Below are positions 1 to 9,032 of a DNA stretch of 64,000 nt, piece by piece. Position 1 is the stretch's first letter. Each line of letters opens with the position of its first letter. Under the pieces are notes generated by a model. That model did no database searches and had not been told where the DNA came from. It saw only the letters and a list, made by a program, of their open reading frames with translations. The stretch is taken from positions 2,592,001 to 2,656,000 of the forward strand of contig OY771587.1 of the NCBI GenBank assembly GCA_963674825.1, read 5' to 3'. Both the position numbers and the translations under genes were made by a program. The DNA comes from Candidatus Cloacimonadales bacterium (GTDB taxonomy: Bacteria; Cloacimonadota; Cloacimonadia; Cloacimonadales; JAIOQZ01).

Positions 1-41
1 TGCTGATAATCGGCGACGGGCAAAAAACGGGGGAGAAGAGC

Positions 42-2558
42 GTGTCAACGAAAGTAGAACCAAAGACCGCAGCGGGTGACGTACCGGTTACTTTTACTTA
101 CCAACCGCTGATCGGTGGCAAGCACGATATCTATGTAGCCGGAGATTTCAACGAGTGGTCTCCCACGGCGAACAAGATGAAAGAAGACGCCGGTATCTAT
201 TCGACGACCATGAACCTTCAGCAGGGTAAATACGCCTACAAATTCGTGGTCGATGGCAACTGGATTACGGACGAAAACGCTGTCGAATTCGCTGGTGACG
301 GTTATGGCGGCCAAAACTCGATCGTCTATGCCGGTGACCCGAAAGAGCTCAACGCGCTGCGTAAGGTCAAATTCCGCTACAAACCCGGTAAGATCGTTAA
401 AGATGTCTATCTCGCCGGTTCTTTCAATGCTTGGAACCAGAAAGAAGACCGCATGCTCGATACCGGTGACGGTACCTACGAAGTGATCCTGCTTCTCAAA
501 CCGGACGAATACCACTACAAGTTCGTGGTTGACGGCATGGAATGGCTGCACGATCCAAACGCGCAGCGTTATGCGGACGATGGCTTTGGCGGCAAGAACT
601 CCGTCGTGCTGGTTGATGACAGCTTCCCTATCGTGACCCTCGAGAAAGCCGATGGTCAGATGCTCATATACGGTATCTCCACAGAGCAGACCATCGAGAC
701 AGTCAATCCGCTTTCCGAAAAGACGGTTGAGTTCAAGACAAAGGCTCATCTGAACGATGTTGAGAATGTCACCTTCTGGAAAGACGGTAAAGAGATGCCC
801 ATGAAGCTCATCTCCGAAGACGGAAGCTTCGAATACTACAAAATTTTGATCGATACACCGAATCCGGACGAACAGTTCGATTACTGCTTTATCTACCATG
901 ACGGTGATAAGAAATTCTACCTGCTGAACGGCGAGATCGTCGAGAAGATGGATCGCACGAAGCTGTTCCATTACCCGGTCGAAGGCTTGGAACCCTTCAT
1001 CACCCCCAACTGGGTCAAAGAAGGCGTGATCTACCAGATCTTCCCGGAACGCTTCTACAACGGAAGCAAGGCCAACGATCCCGATTTCAGCGAATGGTAC
1101 TACGATGGCATGCGCACTCCGCCGCCCAAGGGCAAGAAGCTTGCCAAAGATCAGGTCTATTACCGTCTGATCAAAGACTGGTACGACATTGCTCCGCTTA
1201 CCAGCAATCCTTACCACCCGGAAGGAAAGCCGGACTGGTGGGCGTTCTATGGTGGTGACATCGTCGGTGTCCACGAGAAGCTTGATTACCTTCAAGACCT
1301 CGGCATTACCATTATCTATTTCAACCCCATCTTCCAGGCACGTTCGAATCATAAGTACGACGCTGCCGATTACATGAAGATGGACCCGCATTTCGGAACC
1401 GAGCAACAGCTCAAGGACTTTGTTAAAGACGCGCATTCACGCGGAATTCGCATCATCCTCGACGTGGCGTTCAATCACACTGGTGACGCTTTCTGGGCTT
1501 TCCAGGAAGGCAAGAAGAACGGTCCTTCTTCGCCGTACTACACTTGGTACGAATGGAAAAAGTGGCCGATTCCCGAAGGGAACTACAACCCTGCCGATTA
1601 CTACGAATGCTGGTGGGGATTTGGCGAAATGCCGGATCTAGATTACGACCGCAGCCGCCCCAACCCTTCCGAAAACTCGATTACGGATATCAGCCAGGCA
1701 GAACCCAACCAGCCGGTTGTGGACTACATCCTCGGTCTGGTCGATTATTGGATCGGTGATGTGGGATTCGACGGCTTCCGTCTCGACGTTCCCAACGAAG
1801 TCCCGTTCTGGTTCTGGAAACTTTTCCGCGAACGCGTGAAAGAGGTGAAGCCTGACGCGTACCTGGTGGGCGAGATCTGGAGCAACGCGGTTGACTGGGT
1901 CAACAACGATTACTTCGATGCCGTGATGAACTACGCCTACTTCAAGGATCCGGTGCAGCGCTTCTTCAACCAGCGCAATTGCAGCGCACGCATGTTCGAT
2001 CGCGATCTCAAGCCCGGCCTGCTTACTTACCCGACGCAGGCGACCCAGGTCATGATGAACCTCATTGACAGCCACGACACCTTCCGCTACCTCGAAACAG
2101 CTGGTGGTGACGTGAACAAGCTTAAGATGGCGGCTTTCTTCCAGATGACTTACGTGGGCGCTCCGCACATCTGGTACGGCGACGAAATTGGTATGATGGG
2201 TAAGCACGATCCCGACTGCCGTCGTCCGTTTGAATGGAACTACACCGGCGACAAGGATCGCGTTGCGCTTCGTGACTTCTACAAGAAGCTCATCCAGATC
2301 AGAAAGGAAAACCCCGCGCTTTCCAAGGGTGACTACAAGACCCTGCTAACACGTGATATGGTCTATAGCTATCTGCGTGAGTACAAGGGCGAAAAGATTG
2401 TCTGCGTGATCAACAACGAGCTCGAGCCGCGCGATATCGAAGTGGACGTTCCTGTTACCGGAACTCTGACCGATCTGATGTCCGGCAAGACCTTCACCGT
2501 CAAGGGCGGAAAGCTTACGATCCACCTTGATGGACAGACCGGCGCAATATTGAAATAA
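42..2558 (+). CDS. GH13 alpha-amylase family glycosidase (neopullulanase/cyclomaltodextrinase-like) with two N-terminal CBM48/AMPK-type glycogen-binding domains
   Basis: Two repeats of VAGDFNEW/LAGSFNAW...YKFVVDG..W; catalytic motifs GFRLDVPNE, GEIW, DSHD; YQIFPERF and SNHKYD. The frame is open to the window edge, so the true start may lie upstream of the GTG at 42. Confidence 0.92.
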   Translation: MSTKVEPKTAAGDVPVTFTYQPLIGGKHDIYVAGDFNEWSPTANKMKEDAGIYSTTMNLQQGKYAYKFVVDGNWITDENAVEFAGDGYGGQNSIVYAGDPKELNALRKVKFRYKPGKIVKDVYLAGSFNAWNQKEDRMLDTGDGTYEVILLLKPDEYHYKFVVDGMEWLHDPNAQRYADDGFGGKNSVVLVDDSFPIVTLEKADGQMLIYGISTEQTIETVNPLSEKTVEFKTKAHLNDVENVTFWKDGKEMPMKLISEDGSFEYYKILIDTPNPDEQFDYCFIYHDGDKKFYLLNGEIVEKMDRTKLFHYPVEGLEPFITPNWVKEGVIYQIFPERFYNGSKANDPDFSEWYYDGMRTPPPKGKKLAKDQVYYRLIKDWYDIAPLTSNPYHPEGKPDWWAFYGGDIVGVHEKLDYLQDLGITIIYFNPIFQARSNHKYDAADYMKMDPHFGTEQQLKDFVKDAHSRGIRIILDVAFNHTGDAFWAFQEGKKNGPSSPYYTWYEWKKWPIPEGNYNPADYYECWWGFGEMPDLDYDRSRPNPSENSITDISQAEPNQPVVDYILGLVDYWIGDVGFDGFRLDVPNEVPFWFWKLFRERVKEVKPDAYLVGEIWSNAVDWVNNDYFDAVMNYAYFKDPVQRFFNQRNCSARMFDRDLKPGLLTYPTQATQVMMNLIDSHDTFRYLETAGGDVNKLKMAAFFQMTYVGAPHIWYGDEIGMMGKHDPDCRRPFEWNYTGDKDRVALRDFYKKLIQIRKENPALSKGDYKTLLTRDMVYSYLREYKGEKIVCVINNELEPRDIEVDVPVTGTLTDLMSGKTFTVKGGKLTIHLDGQTGAILK

Positions 2559-2579
2559 CCTGTAAACCCAGGAGGAAAT

Positions 2580-3068
2580 ATGCGAAGCCTTGAATTTGCT
2601 ATCGAGATGGAAAAAGAAGGTGAGGCGTTTTACCGCGAACTCGCGAATCAATGCGATCAGAAAAGCGGGATAAACTACATCTTCACCATGCTTGCCGATG
2701 ACGAGAGCAAACACCGCCGCGTGTTCATGTCGATCATGCAGTCAAACCCGGAGATGATGCAGGACACCAAGGTTCTGCAGGAGGCAGACAATCTCTTTAT
2801 GAAGCTGCGCTCCGAGAACCGGGCTGTCGATTGCGGCTCGGATCAAGTCGATCTCTACAAAGAGGCGCTTGACATGGAGATCAAGTCCATTGATCTATAC
2901 GAGCAAGCACTCTTGGATATGGATGACGAAAGCGGCAAAAGCCTGCTTAAACGGATTATCACAGAGGAAATGAAGCATAAGAAAATCCTGGAAAATATCA
3001 TCGAACACGTGAATCGGCCCAATGAATGGATCGAAGATGCCGAGTTCAATCAGAAAGAAGAATATTGA
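2580..3068 (+). CDS. Rubrerythrin/ferritin-like diiron protein
   Basis: Paired E..E/ExxH helices (AIEMEKEG...DESKH; ALDMEIKS...EEMKH); SD aggagg upstream. Confidence 0.85.
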   Translation: MRSLEFAIEMEKEGEAFYRELANQCDQKSGINYIFTMLADDESKHRRVFMSIMQSNPEMMQDTKVLQEADNLFMKLRSENRAVDCGSDQVDLYKEALDMEIKSIDLYEQALLDMDDESGKSLLKRIITEEMKHKKILENIIEHVNRPNEWIEDAEFNQKEEY

Positions 3069-3103
3069 TTGAGATAAGTGCATCGATCACGTATTGAAAA
3101 TTT

Positions 3104-3140
3104 GAAGGCGAATCAGTTAATACTGGTTCGCTTTCTTTTA
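3104..3140 (+). terminator. Intrinsic terminator
   Basis: gaaggcgaatcag-ttaata-ctggttcgctttc followed by a T-run. Confidence 0.7.
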
Positions 3141-3270
3141 GCCTTATGGAATATTTTGTGCACGTTTTTGTGAGTGTAAAAATTTAATATGAAGTACTAG
3201 TGTATGCTTCGTCTGGTCTAACTGATTGAAATACCGGACGAATGAAAACAAATCGAGCTTTGGAGGAACG

Positions 3271-6252
3271 ATGAAAAAGGTGGTATGCGCATTTTTATTG
3301 ATCATGATGTTCACATTGTCGTATGCTGTCGTAGGCAGTATGGTTACAACAAATCCTGAAGAGGGCCTCAAGACTTTTTACGGACAGGTTGAACCGCATC
3401 AGTTCGAGCGAATCGAGGAATTATGGGTTGATACGGAAGAAGCGGCGATATGTGGCGATATCGCAATTGGTACAACAAGCGGCGATGTTGCGGCTGGCTG
3501 GTATCTGAACGACATCCGGATGTCGATGTATCAGGACAGCTCGAATCCGGAATGGGAATTCGCATTCGACGATCCGGGCTTTGATTACCCGGTTGATATG
3601 ACTCCCGATGGCTATACGCTTCTCGGAGCAGGCAGTATGCTCTGGACGTTCAATGCCAATAGCGCGACGCCAGACTGGCAAATGGAGATCACAGGTTCGT
3701 CTATCAACAATGTCGAGATTTCAAGCGACGGTGCTTATGCATACTGTTCTGCGGGATTTTCTGATCATGTCGATATCATGAAGATTGAAGTTGATGGAAA
3801 TACCGTATGGACACTGACACTCGATGGTGGCTCCGGTACTTTGGATCTGAGTGATGACAACGGCATACTGGTATTTACCCAGTATGGTGGTTCTAACAGC
3901 TTTATGACAGTAATTGATACTGAGAGTGGCGCAGTTCTGTTTACTGACACGGAATACAACCAAAATCCGCCTGCGCTTTCTTATGATGGTTCGATAATCG
4001 TTAATGGCGACTATTCCGGCTATGTTCATGTTTATCAGCGTACTGAAGACACGTACGAAGAAATCTGGAATTTTCATGTAAACAGCGGTAACTCAGGTAG
4101 TAACTCCTGGATCGGCGGCATGGCGGTTTCTGGTGATGGAAGTACAATCGCCGTGGGAACGCTGATGTTCAACAGCGCTGGATACGATGGTGAAATCTAT
4201 GTTTTCGACACTGAAATCCCGGAACCGCTATGGATGGTCGAGGGTTGTGGTGACTATGTTTGTAGTGTTGATATCTCGTACGATGGCTCGTTAATAGCCG
4301 TCGGTGGATATGGCCCGAGTGATAACTCCGGTCCCGATTTCTATCTCTTCCGCAAGCAGAGCAGCGAACCGCTTTACACGGTCAATACTTCCGGTTCGAT
4401 CTTCAAGGTGGAGCTCGCCGACGAAGGTGGAATGTGTGCGTTCGGCGGAAAGGCTGTTCATGCTCGTGTAATGGGTAGCGGAGGTTTGCTTTATCGTTAC
4501 GATGCACAGCCCGATGGTGGCATGCTTACCGGCACGGTCAACCTCAATGGATACGATGATAACTCAAATGTGCTGGTCACGCTTGGTGGAATCGATGACT
4601 ATCAGGCTTATACTGATGTCGACGGCTACTTCGAGATCCCGTATGTCCCGGCAAATACCTACATGGTATCCGCAACCAAGACTGGTTTCGGATCGGAAAC
4701 CGATGTCGCGATCATCGAAGAAGACGGTGTTGCGAATATCGATCTTACTCTTGAGCCCAATGGCCCAGCGCCCACTGACCTGGTAGCCAGCCAGTCATTT
4801 GCGCAGTATGTGCGTCTGGACTGGACAGCACCGGAGAATCGTGAGATTCAATCTTACAATATTTATCGCAAAAACTACATGACTGCTCCGTTCGATACAG
4901 AACCTGTCGGAACGGCAGGGGGCGAGGAGACTATGTTTGAAGACAACAATGTCCTGCCGCTCCGGGAATACTACTATGTAATTACCGCAGTTATCGACGA
5001 CCTCGAAACACCTTACTCGAACGTCGTTACCGGTTGGGCCTCGACCAGCTATATCGTAGATCAGGTGGATGCGTATGTAGGTACGGTACCGACGATCGAT
5101 GGTACGATCGAAGCGGAAGAGTGGGAAGACGCGTTTGTGCTTGTATGCGGCGACTTCCTTGGAACCAACGACAACGAACCGGATCCCATGAGAGGTGTAG
5201 TGGCCTATTTCAAGGTCGATGAAGACATGACCAATCTCTACATGGCTGTGATCAACGGAAACGATACAGTGTTCGAAGATCATGATGAGGTGGGTATCTA
5301 TATCGACGACAACAACGATGGTTTGTATCCTGAGAATGGATCGGAAGACCTCTCCGAGGGTAACTTCTGGGCGGTTCATTACGCCTCCGGCGACGTGATT
5401 CGCTATCGTCCGTGCTTCAATCCCAGCGGTGTCGGCACAACGGAAGAATACACTGACTGGCAGGTTGCCATCACTGCCGATGATGAAGGCATCTACTATG
5501 AATACGCGCTGCCTATCGGCGATCAATACAACTACATTCAACCCGACCAGAACGACATGTCCGGCCTCGGTCTGTTTGTGCTGGACGATCCCAGTTCATT
5601 CAACGCCTGGTGGCCACCCGCCATGCAGAATATCTTCAAACCGGTCTATTACGGTACGATCCATTTCGGTGCTGAGAACGAAATTCCTCCTGCGGTGGAA
5701 AACCTTTCGATAACCGGTTCGGATGCCAATATCATCCTCAGTTGGGACGATACGGAAATCAACGATCTGCTCAGTTACGATGTGTACATGACACTGGATG
5801 GAAACACGAGCCTCCTCGGGAACTCTGAAGGCCTTCAGTACTACGCGCATCTCACAGAGCCCGGTCTGTACGAGTTCTATGTGATCACGGTCGATCAGGC
5901 TGGTCAGGAGTCCGATCCTTCCACTACGGTAGAATACCAGTATTCGCAAGGCTCATCAGATCCTACGGTACCGGCATTCACGGGTATCAACGCCGTGTAT
6001 CCGAATCCGTTCAATCCGACGACCAACATCGCCTTCTCGCTCAAGAGTGCGGAAAAGACCCGCATTGATGTCTTCAACATACGCGGTCAGCGTGTCACAA
6101 CACTCGTGAACGAAACCTTGACAGCCGGTAACCATATGGTTAGCTGGCAGGGTCTGGATAAGAACGAGAAGCAAGTCGGTTCCGGTGTCTATTTCATCCG
6201 GCTCGAGGCTGGCGAAACAACTCAGGTGCGCAAAGCGCTGCTGCTTAAATAA
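3271..6252 (+). CDS. Large secreted acidic multidomain protein: beta-propeller, carboxypeptidase-regulatory-like, FN3, CBM9/DOMON-like, FN3 and FlgD-Ig/T9SS-like C-terminal domain
   Basis: Signal peptide MKKVVCAFLL after SD ggagg (ATG 3271); repeated V.IS.DG strands; PTIDGTIEAEEW; tail YPNPFNPTTNIAF...FNIRGQRV...SGVYFIRL...KALLLK. Confidence 0.8.
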   Translation: MKKVVCAFLLIMMFTLSYAVVGSMVTTNPEEGLKTFYGQVEPHQFERIEELWVDTEEAAICGDIAIGTTSGDVAAGWYLNDIRMSMYQDSSNPEWEFAFDDPGFDYPVDMTPDGYTLLGAGSMLWTFNANSATPDWQMEITGSSINNVEISSDGAYAYCSAGFSDHVDIMKIEVDGNTVWTLTLDGGSGTLDLSDDNGILVFTQYGGSNSFMTVIDTESGAVLFTDTEYNQNPPALSYDGSIIVNGDYSGYVHVYQRTEDTYEEIWNFHVNSGNSGSNSWIGGMAVSGDGSTIAVGTLMFNSAGYDGEIYVFDTEIPEPLWMVEGCGDYVCSVDISYDGSLIAVGGYGPSDNSGPDFYLFRKQSSEPLYTVNTSGSIFKVELADEGGMCAFGGKAVHARVMGSGGLLYRYDAQPDGGMLTGTVNLNGYDDNSNVLVTLGGIDDYQAYTDVDGYFEIPYVPANTYMVSATKTGFGSETDVAIIEEDGVANIDLTLEPNGPAPTDLVASQSFAQYVRLDWTAPENREIQSYNIYRKNYMTAPFDTEPVGTAGGEETMFEDNNVLPLREYYYVITAVIDDLETPYSNVVTGWASTSYIVDQVDAYVGTVPTIDGTIEAEEWEDAFVLVCGDFLGTNDNEPDPMRGVVAYFKVDEDMTNLYMAVINGNDTVFEDHDEVGIYIDDNNDGLYPENGSEDLSEGNFWAVHYASGDVIRYRPCFNPSGVGTTEEYTDWQVAITADDEGIYYEYALPIGDQYNYIQPDQNDMSGLGLFVLDDPSSFNAWWPPAMQNIFKPVYYGTIHFGAENEIPPAVENLSITGSDANIILSWDDTEINDLLSYDVYMTLDGNTSLLGNSEGLQYYAHLTEPGLYEFYVITVDQAGQESDPSTTVEYQYSQGSSDPTVPAFTGINAVYPNPFNPTTNIAFSLKSAEKTRIDVFNIRGQRVTTLVNETLTAGNHMVSWQGLDKNEKQVGSGVYFIRLEAGETTQVRKALLLK

Positions 6253-6264
6253 CGTGGAGTGTTG

Positions 6265-6666
6265 ATGAAACGAATCAGCTGGTTTGGAGTGATTGCAATC
6301 GTGCTTGTGCTGCTGGCATGCAGCGTGAATCGCGTGGAGAAGGTCCAGTGTGTGGAGTCGTTCATGCAGACGATGCAGGCGCATCCGTTCACCGATTCGC
6401 TTCTGGTGCGGCATATCTCGCCGGAGTGGCTGGAACGGAATCAACTCGACCCCCAAGACGTCAGTGTCAATACGTACGATCCTGAGGGTTTCACTGTGCA
6501 AGCGACCGATCCCGATACGGGAGCGGTTGTCGTGATTATCTGGGGTGAAGGCCACAAATGGCAGCATCGGCTTCTCTTCAAGACAACCGACGATGGCCGG
6601 TATATCCTGCCTGAGCGCTTTGAAGACAAGAAGATTACGCCATGGATCAAAGCGACAGACATTTGA
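6265..6666 (+). CDS. Hypothetical lipoprotein
   Basis: MKRISWFGVIAIVLVLLAC lipobox; start at 6259, 6262 or 6265. Confidence 0.7.
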   Translation: MKRISWFGVIAIVLVLLACSVNRVEKVQCVESFMQTMQAHPFTDSLLVRHISPEWLERNQLDPQDVSVNTYDPEGFTVQATDPDTGAVVVIIWGEGHKWQHRLLFKTTDDGRYILPERFEDKKITPWIKATDI

Positions 6667-6692
6667 TAATGCACAATACATGATGAATAATG

Positions 6693-6719
6693 GAGAGACG
6701 TCGCTTGCCGGCGTCTCTC
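6693..6719 (+). terminator. Hairpin, probable terminator
   Basis: gagagacgtcg-cttgc-cggcgtctctc downstream of the lipoprotein gene; the U-tract is weak. Confidence 0.45.
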
Positions 6720-6738
6720 TGCTTATTGAACGCAGGCA

Positions 6739-6768
6739 CCTGGGTGCGCAGACATCCTCGTCTGCATC
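6739..6768 (+). repeat. REP-like palindrome (CCTGGGTRCGC head)
   Basis: cctgggtgc-gcagac-atcctc-gtctgc; same head as the inverted copy at 41741-41770. Confidence 0.5.
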
Positions 6769-6998
6769 TCTTTCATGGAACACAGGCATCTGTGAATTTT
6801 ACCCGCAAATTCGAATCTCACCGATATGACGCAGAAGCGTATCGAAGCACGATACAACAATTCATGACGCATCTATCATAGCCTTGTAGCACTCGACCTC
6901 CTGTGTGTTTGCAAACAAACACGAATCCCGAGTGAAACGATAGCGAGCCATAGGAGCGCTGCTCAGAGATCAGCGCCTACAATACCTCTTCTCTCCAT

Positions 6999-7022
6999 TG
7001 GAGCGCCAAGCCCCGCTTGGCA
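6999..7022 (+). repeat. REP-like palindrome
   Basis: tggagc-gccaagc-ccc-gcttggc; resembles cgccgagctccagctc at 41741-41770 (minus). Confidence 0.45.
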
Positions 7023-7148
7023 GTTTTCCATGAAATCAACATTCGGAAGAGTCTCACTGCGTTCGCCACTTTCGGAAGATGATTTCATGCATATTCCCAT
7101 CATTCTACCGTGGAATACGATAGAGAAGGGAGCTATCGCGAAAAAACA

Positions 7149-7176
7149 TTGACAGCAACGCGTTGCTGAATAAATC
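7149..7176 (+). promoter_or_regulatory. Candidate sigma70 promoter with a perfect 16-bp palindrome (possible operator)
   Basis: TTGACA at 7149-7154; CAGCAACGCGTTGCTG at 7153-7168; weak AT-rich -10 region near 7170-7176. Confidence 0.45.
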
Positions 7177-7203
7177 GTACAAAAAATATAAACGAGGTGG
7201 AAC

Positions 7204-8091
7204 TTGCTGATTCAACGTTATTTCGACTCCCGCAAGGACATTGTTGAAGAATCGCTGAGAGAATACATCACAAAACCCAAGAAAGGCTCCACAAAGCTTT
7301 ACGAGGCAATGCAATACTCGGTTTTCAACGGTGGTAAACGGTTGCGCCCCATCCTCATGATCTCGGCATACGAGATGCTGCGCGGTCGCAAGAATATCAG
7401 TACCCTCAAAACGCTACAACCATGCGCATGTGCGCTGGAAATGGTGCACACGGCATCGCTGATTCACGACGATCTTCCGAGTGTCGATGATTCTGATGAA
7501 CGCCGTGGTATGCCCTCTGTTCACAAAAAGTACGGCGAAGCCATGGCGATCCTCGCCGGCGATGCTTTGCTGACCAAGGCATTTGAAGTGCTTACCGAAA
7601 TCCGTGACAAGAAGAAAGCTCTGCGCTGTGTCAATACGCTCGCCCGTGCGGTCTCCACACGTGGAATGATCGGTGGTCAGGCTGTGGATATTCTCTCAAC
7701 TAAAAAACGCATCCGGGTCAATGTCCTCAAATATATCCATCTGAAAAAGACCGGAGCGCTCCTCCAGGCAGCGATGGACATGGCGTGTATCATGTACAAC
7801 GCGGAAGAGAACCTCACCATCACGTTGGGCAACTACGCCTTGAACCTTGGGCAGGCCTACCAGATCATCGACGATATTCTGGACGATGTTGGCGCTTTTG
7901 AAATGCTGGGTAAGGAACCCTATGAGGATCATAAGAATCGCAAGACGACCTATCCTTCCCTGATCGGCCTCGAGAAGTCAAAGAAGACGGCGGAAAAACT
8001 GCTTGACGACTCCTATCGTCTCATCAAGAGCATGAAGAATAACGACGTGCTGGTTGAATTCATCAACATGATTCGCGAGCGGTTGCCATAA
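7204..8091 (+). CDS. Polyprenyl diphosphate synthase, probably GGPP synthase (IspA/CrtE family)
   Basis: GGKRLRP, FARM HTASLIHDDLPSVDD..RRG, GQAVD, KTGAL, SARM YQIIDDILD; TTG start after SD gaggtgg. Confidence 0.9.
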   Translation: MLIQRYFDSRKDIVEESLREYITKPKKGSTKLYEAMQYSVFNGGKRLRPILMISAYEMLRGRKNISTLKTLQPCACALEMVHTASLIHDDLPSVDDSDERRGMPSVHKKYGEAMAILAGDALLTKAFEVLTEIRDKKKALRCVNTLARAVSTRGMIGGQAVDILSTKKRIRVNVLKYIHLKKTGALLQAAMDMACIMYNAEENLTITLGNYALNLGQAYQIIDDILDDVGAFEMLGKEPYEDHKNRKTTYPSLIGLEKSKKTAEKLLDDSYRLIKSMKNNDVLVEFINMIRERLP

Positions 8092-8136
8092 ACAACTATC
8101 GTGAATGTCACAGATGGTCTTACGTAAAGATCCACC

Positions 8137-8967
8137 GTGAAAGTAATAGCATATTATAAAATTATCCGCCCGTTCAACTGTCTGTTCATTGCGCTGACAG
8201 TCTTGTTCGGGCTTTTCTACAGGAATCCAGCAGTGTTTTCACTACCCTACCTGTTCGGGATCCTCGCCGCTGTGTTCATCGGGGCCGGTGGCTACGTAGT
8301 CAACGACTATTTCGACCTACCTATCGATCGAGTCAACCGCCCGGATCGTATGCTTCCATCGGGCAGAATCACGCCCAAGGCAGCATATGTCTTTGCAATT
8401 GTACTTTTTGTGCTGGGCTTGCAGAGCAGCTTCCTGACGGGATCGTTCGCGGCTGTCGGCATGGCGTTTTTCAATCTCCTTTTGCTTTTCTATTATGCCC
8501 GTCAGCTAAAGACAACATTCCTCATCGGTAATCTCAGCGTCGCCTGGGCCTCTGCATCTACCTTTATCTATGGCGGAATCGTGGCGAATAATTTGCCTAA
8601 CATATGGCTCATCGCGTCCTATGCATTTCTTTACACACTCATACGCGAGCTCCTGAAAGATCTCCAGGACATCGAAGGCGATAAGGTGATTAAGGCCTCG
8701 ACTTTCGCGATTAAAGCTGGTCATCGCACCACGATGTCGGTTATTCTGATGCTGGCATTTCTGCTGGTGGCCGTCACGTGGTATGGCTCAACGCATGCAA
8801 TGCTGACTCGGCTCCAGATCATGCTTCTGCTCATGCTCGTCCATATACCGCTGATCGTTATAAATATCCTTTTCTTCCAGAAGGGTACACCGCGAAGATA
8901 TCGCATCCTATCCCTCGGAATGAAACTGGACATGATGGTACTGCTTCTGGTAATCTGGTTCGCGTAA
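8137..8967 (+). CDS. UbiA-family prenyltransferase, DGGGP synthase-like
   Basis: IIRPFN, NDYFDLPIDRVNRPDRMLPSG, RELLKDLQDIEGD; multiple transmembrane helices. Confidence 0.8.
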   Translation: MKVIAYYKIIRPFNCLFIALTVLFGLFYRNPAVFSLPYLFGILAAVFIGAGGYVVNDYFDLPIDRVNRPDRMLPSGRITPKAAYVFAIVLFVLGLQSSFLTGSFAAVGMAFFNLLLLFYYARQLKTTFLIGNLSVAWASASTFIYGGIVANNLPNIWLIASYAFLYTLIRELLKDLQDIEGDKVIKASTFAIKAGHRTTMSVILMLAFLLVAVTWYGSTHAMLTRLQIMLLLMLVHIPLIVINILFFQKGTPRRYRILSLGMKLDMMVLLLVIWFA

Positions 8968-9032
8968 AAAACCCTTGACCTGAGGCGGGGTTCAGAAAGC
9001 GTTACATTATACGAACATAAAGAGGTGGTCAC

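Noticed and set aside
45..1436. 463-aa minus-strand ORF
   Set aside because: Antisense shadow of the GH13 gene.
6690..6881. Short ORFs in the 6.7-7.2 kb spacer (and at 41537-41848 and 57586-57928)
   Set aside because: They run through palindromic repeats, lack clear ribosome-binding sites and show no protein-like motifs.
6925..6945. cgagtgaaacg as part of a hammerhead ribozyme
   Set aside because: No correctly placed CUGANGA core was found.
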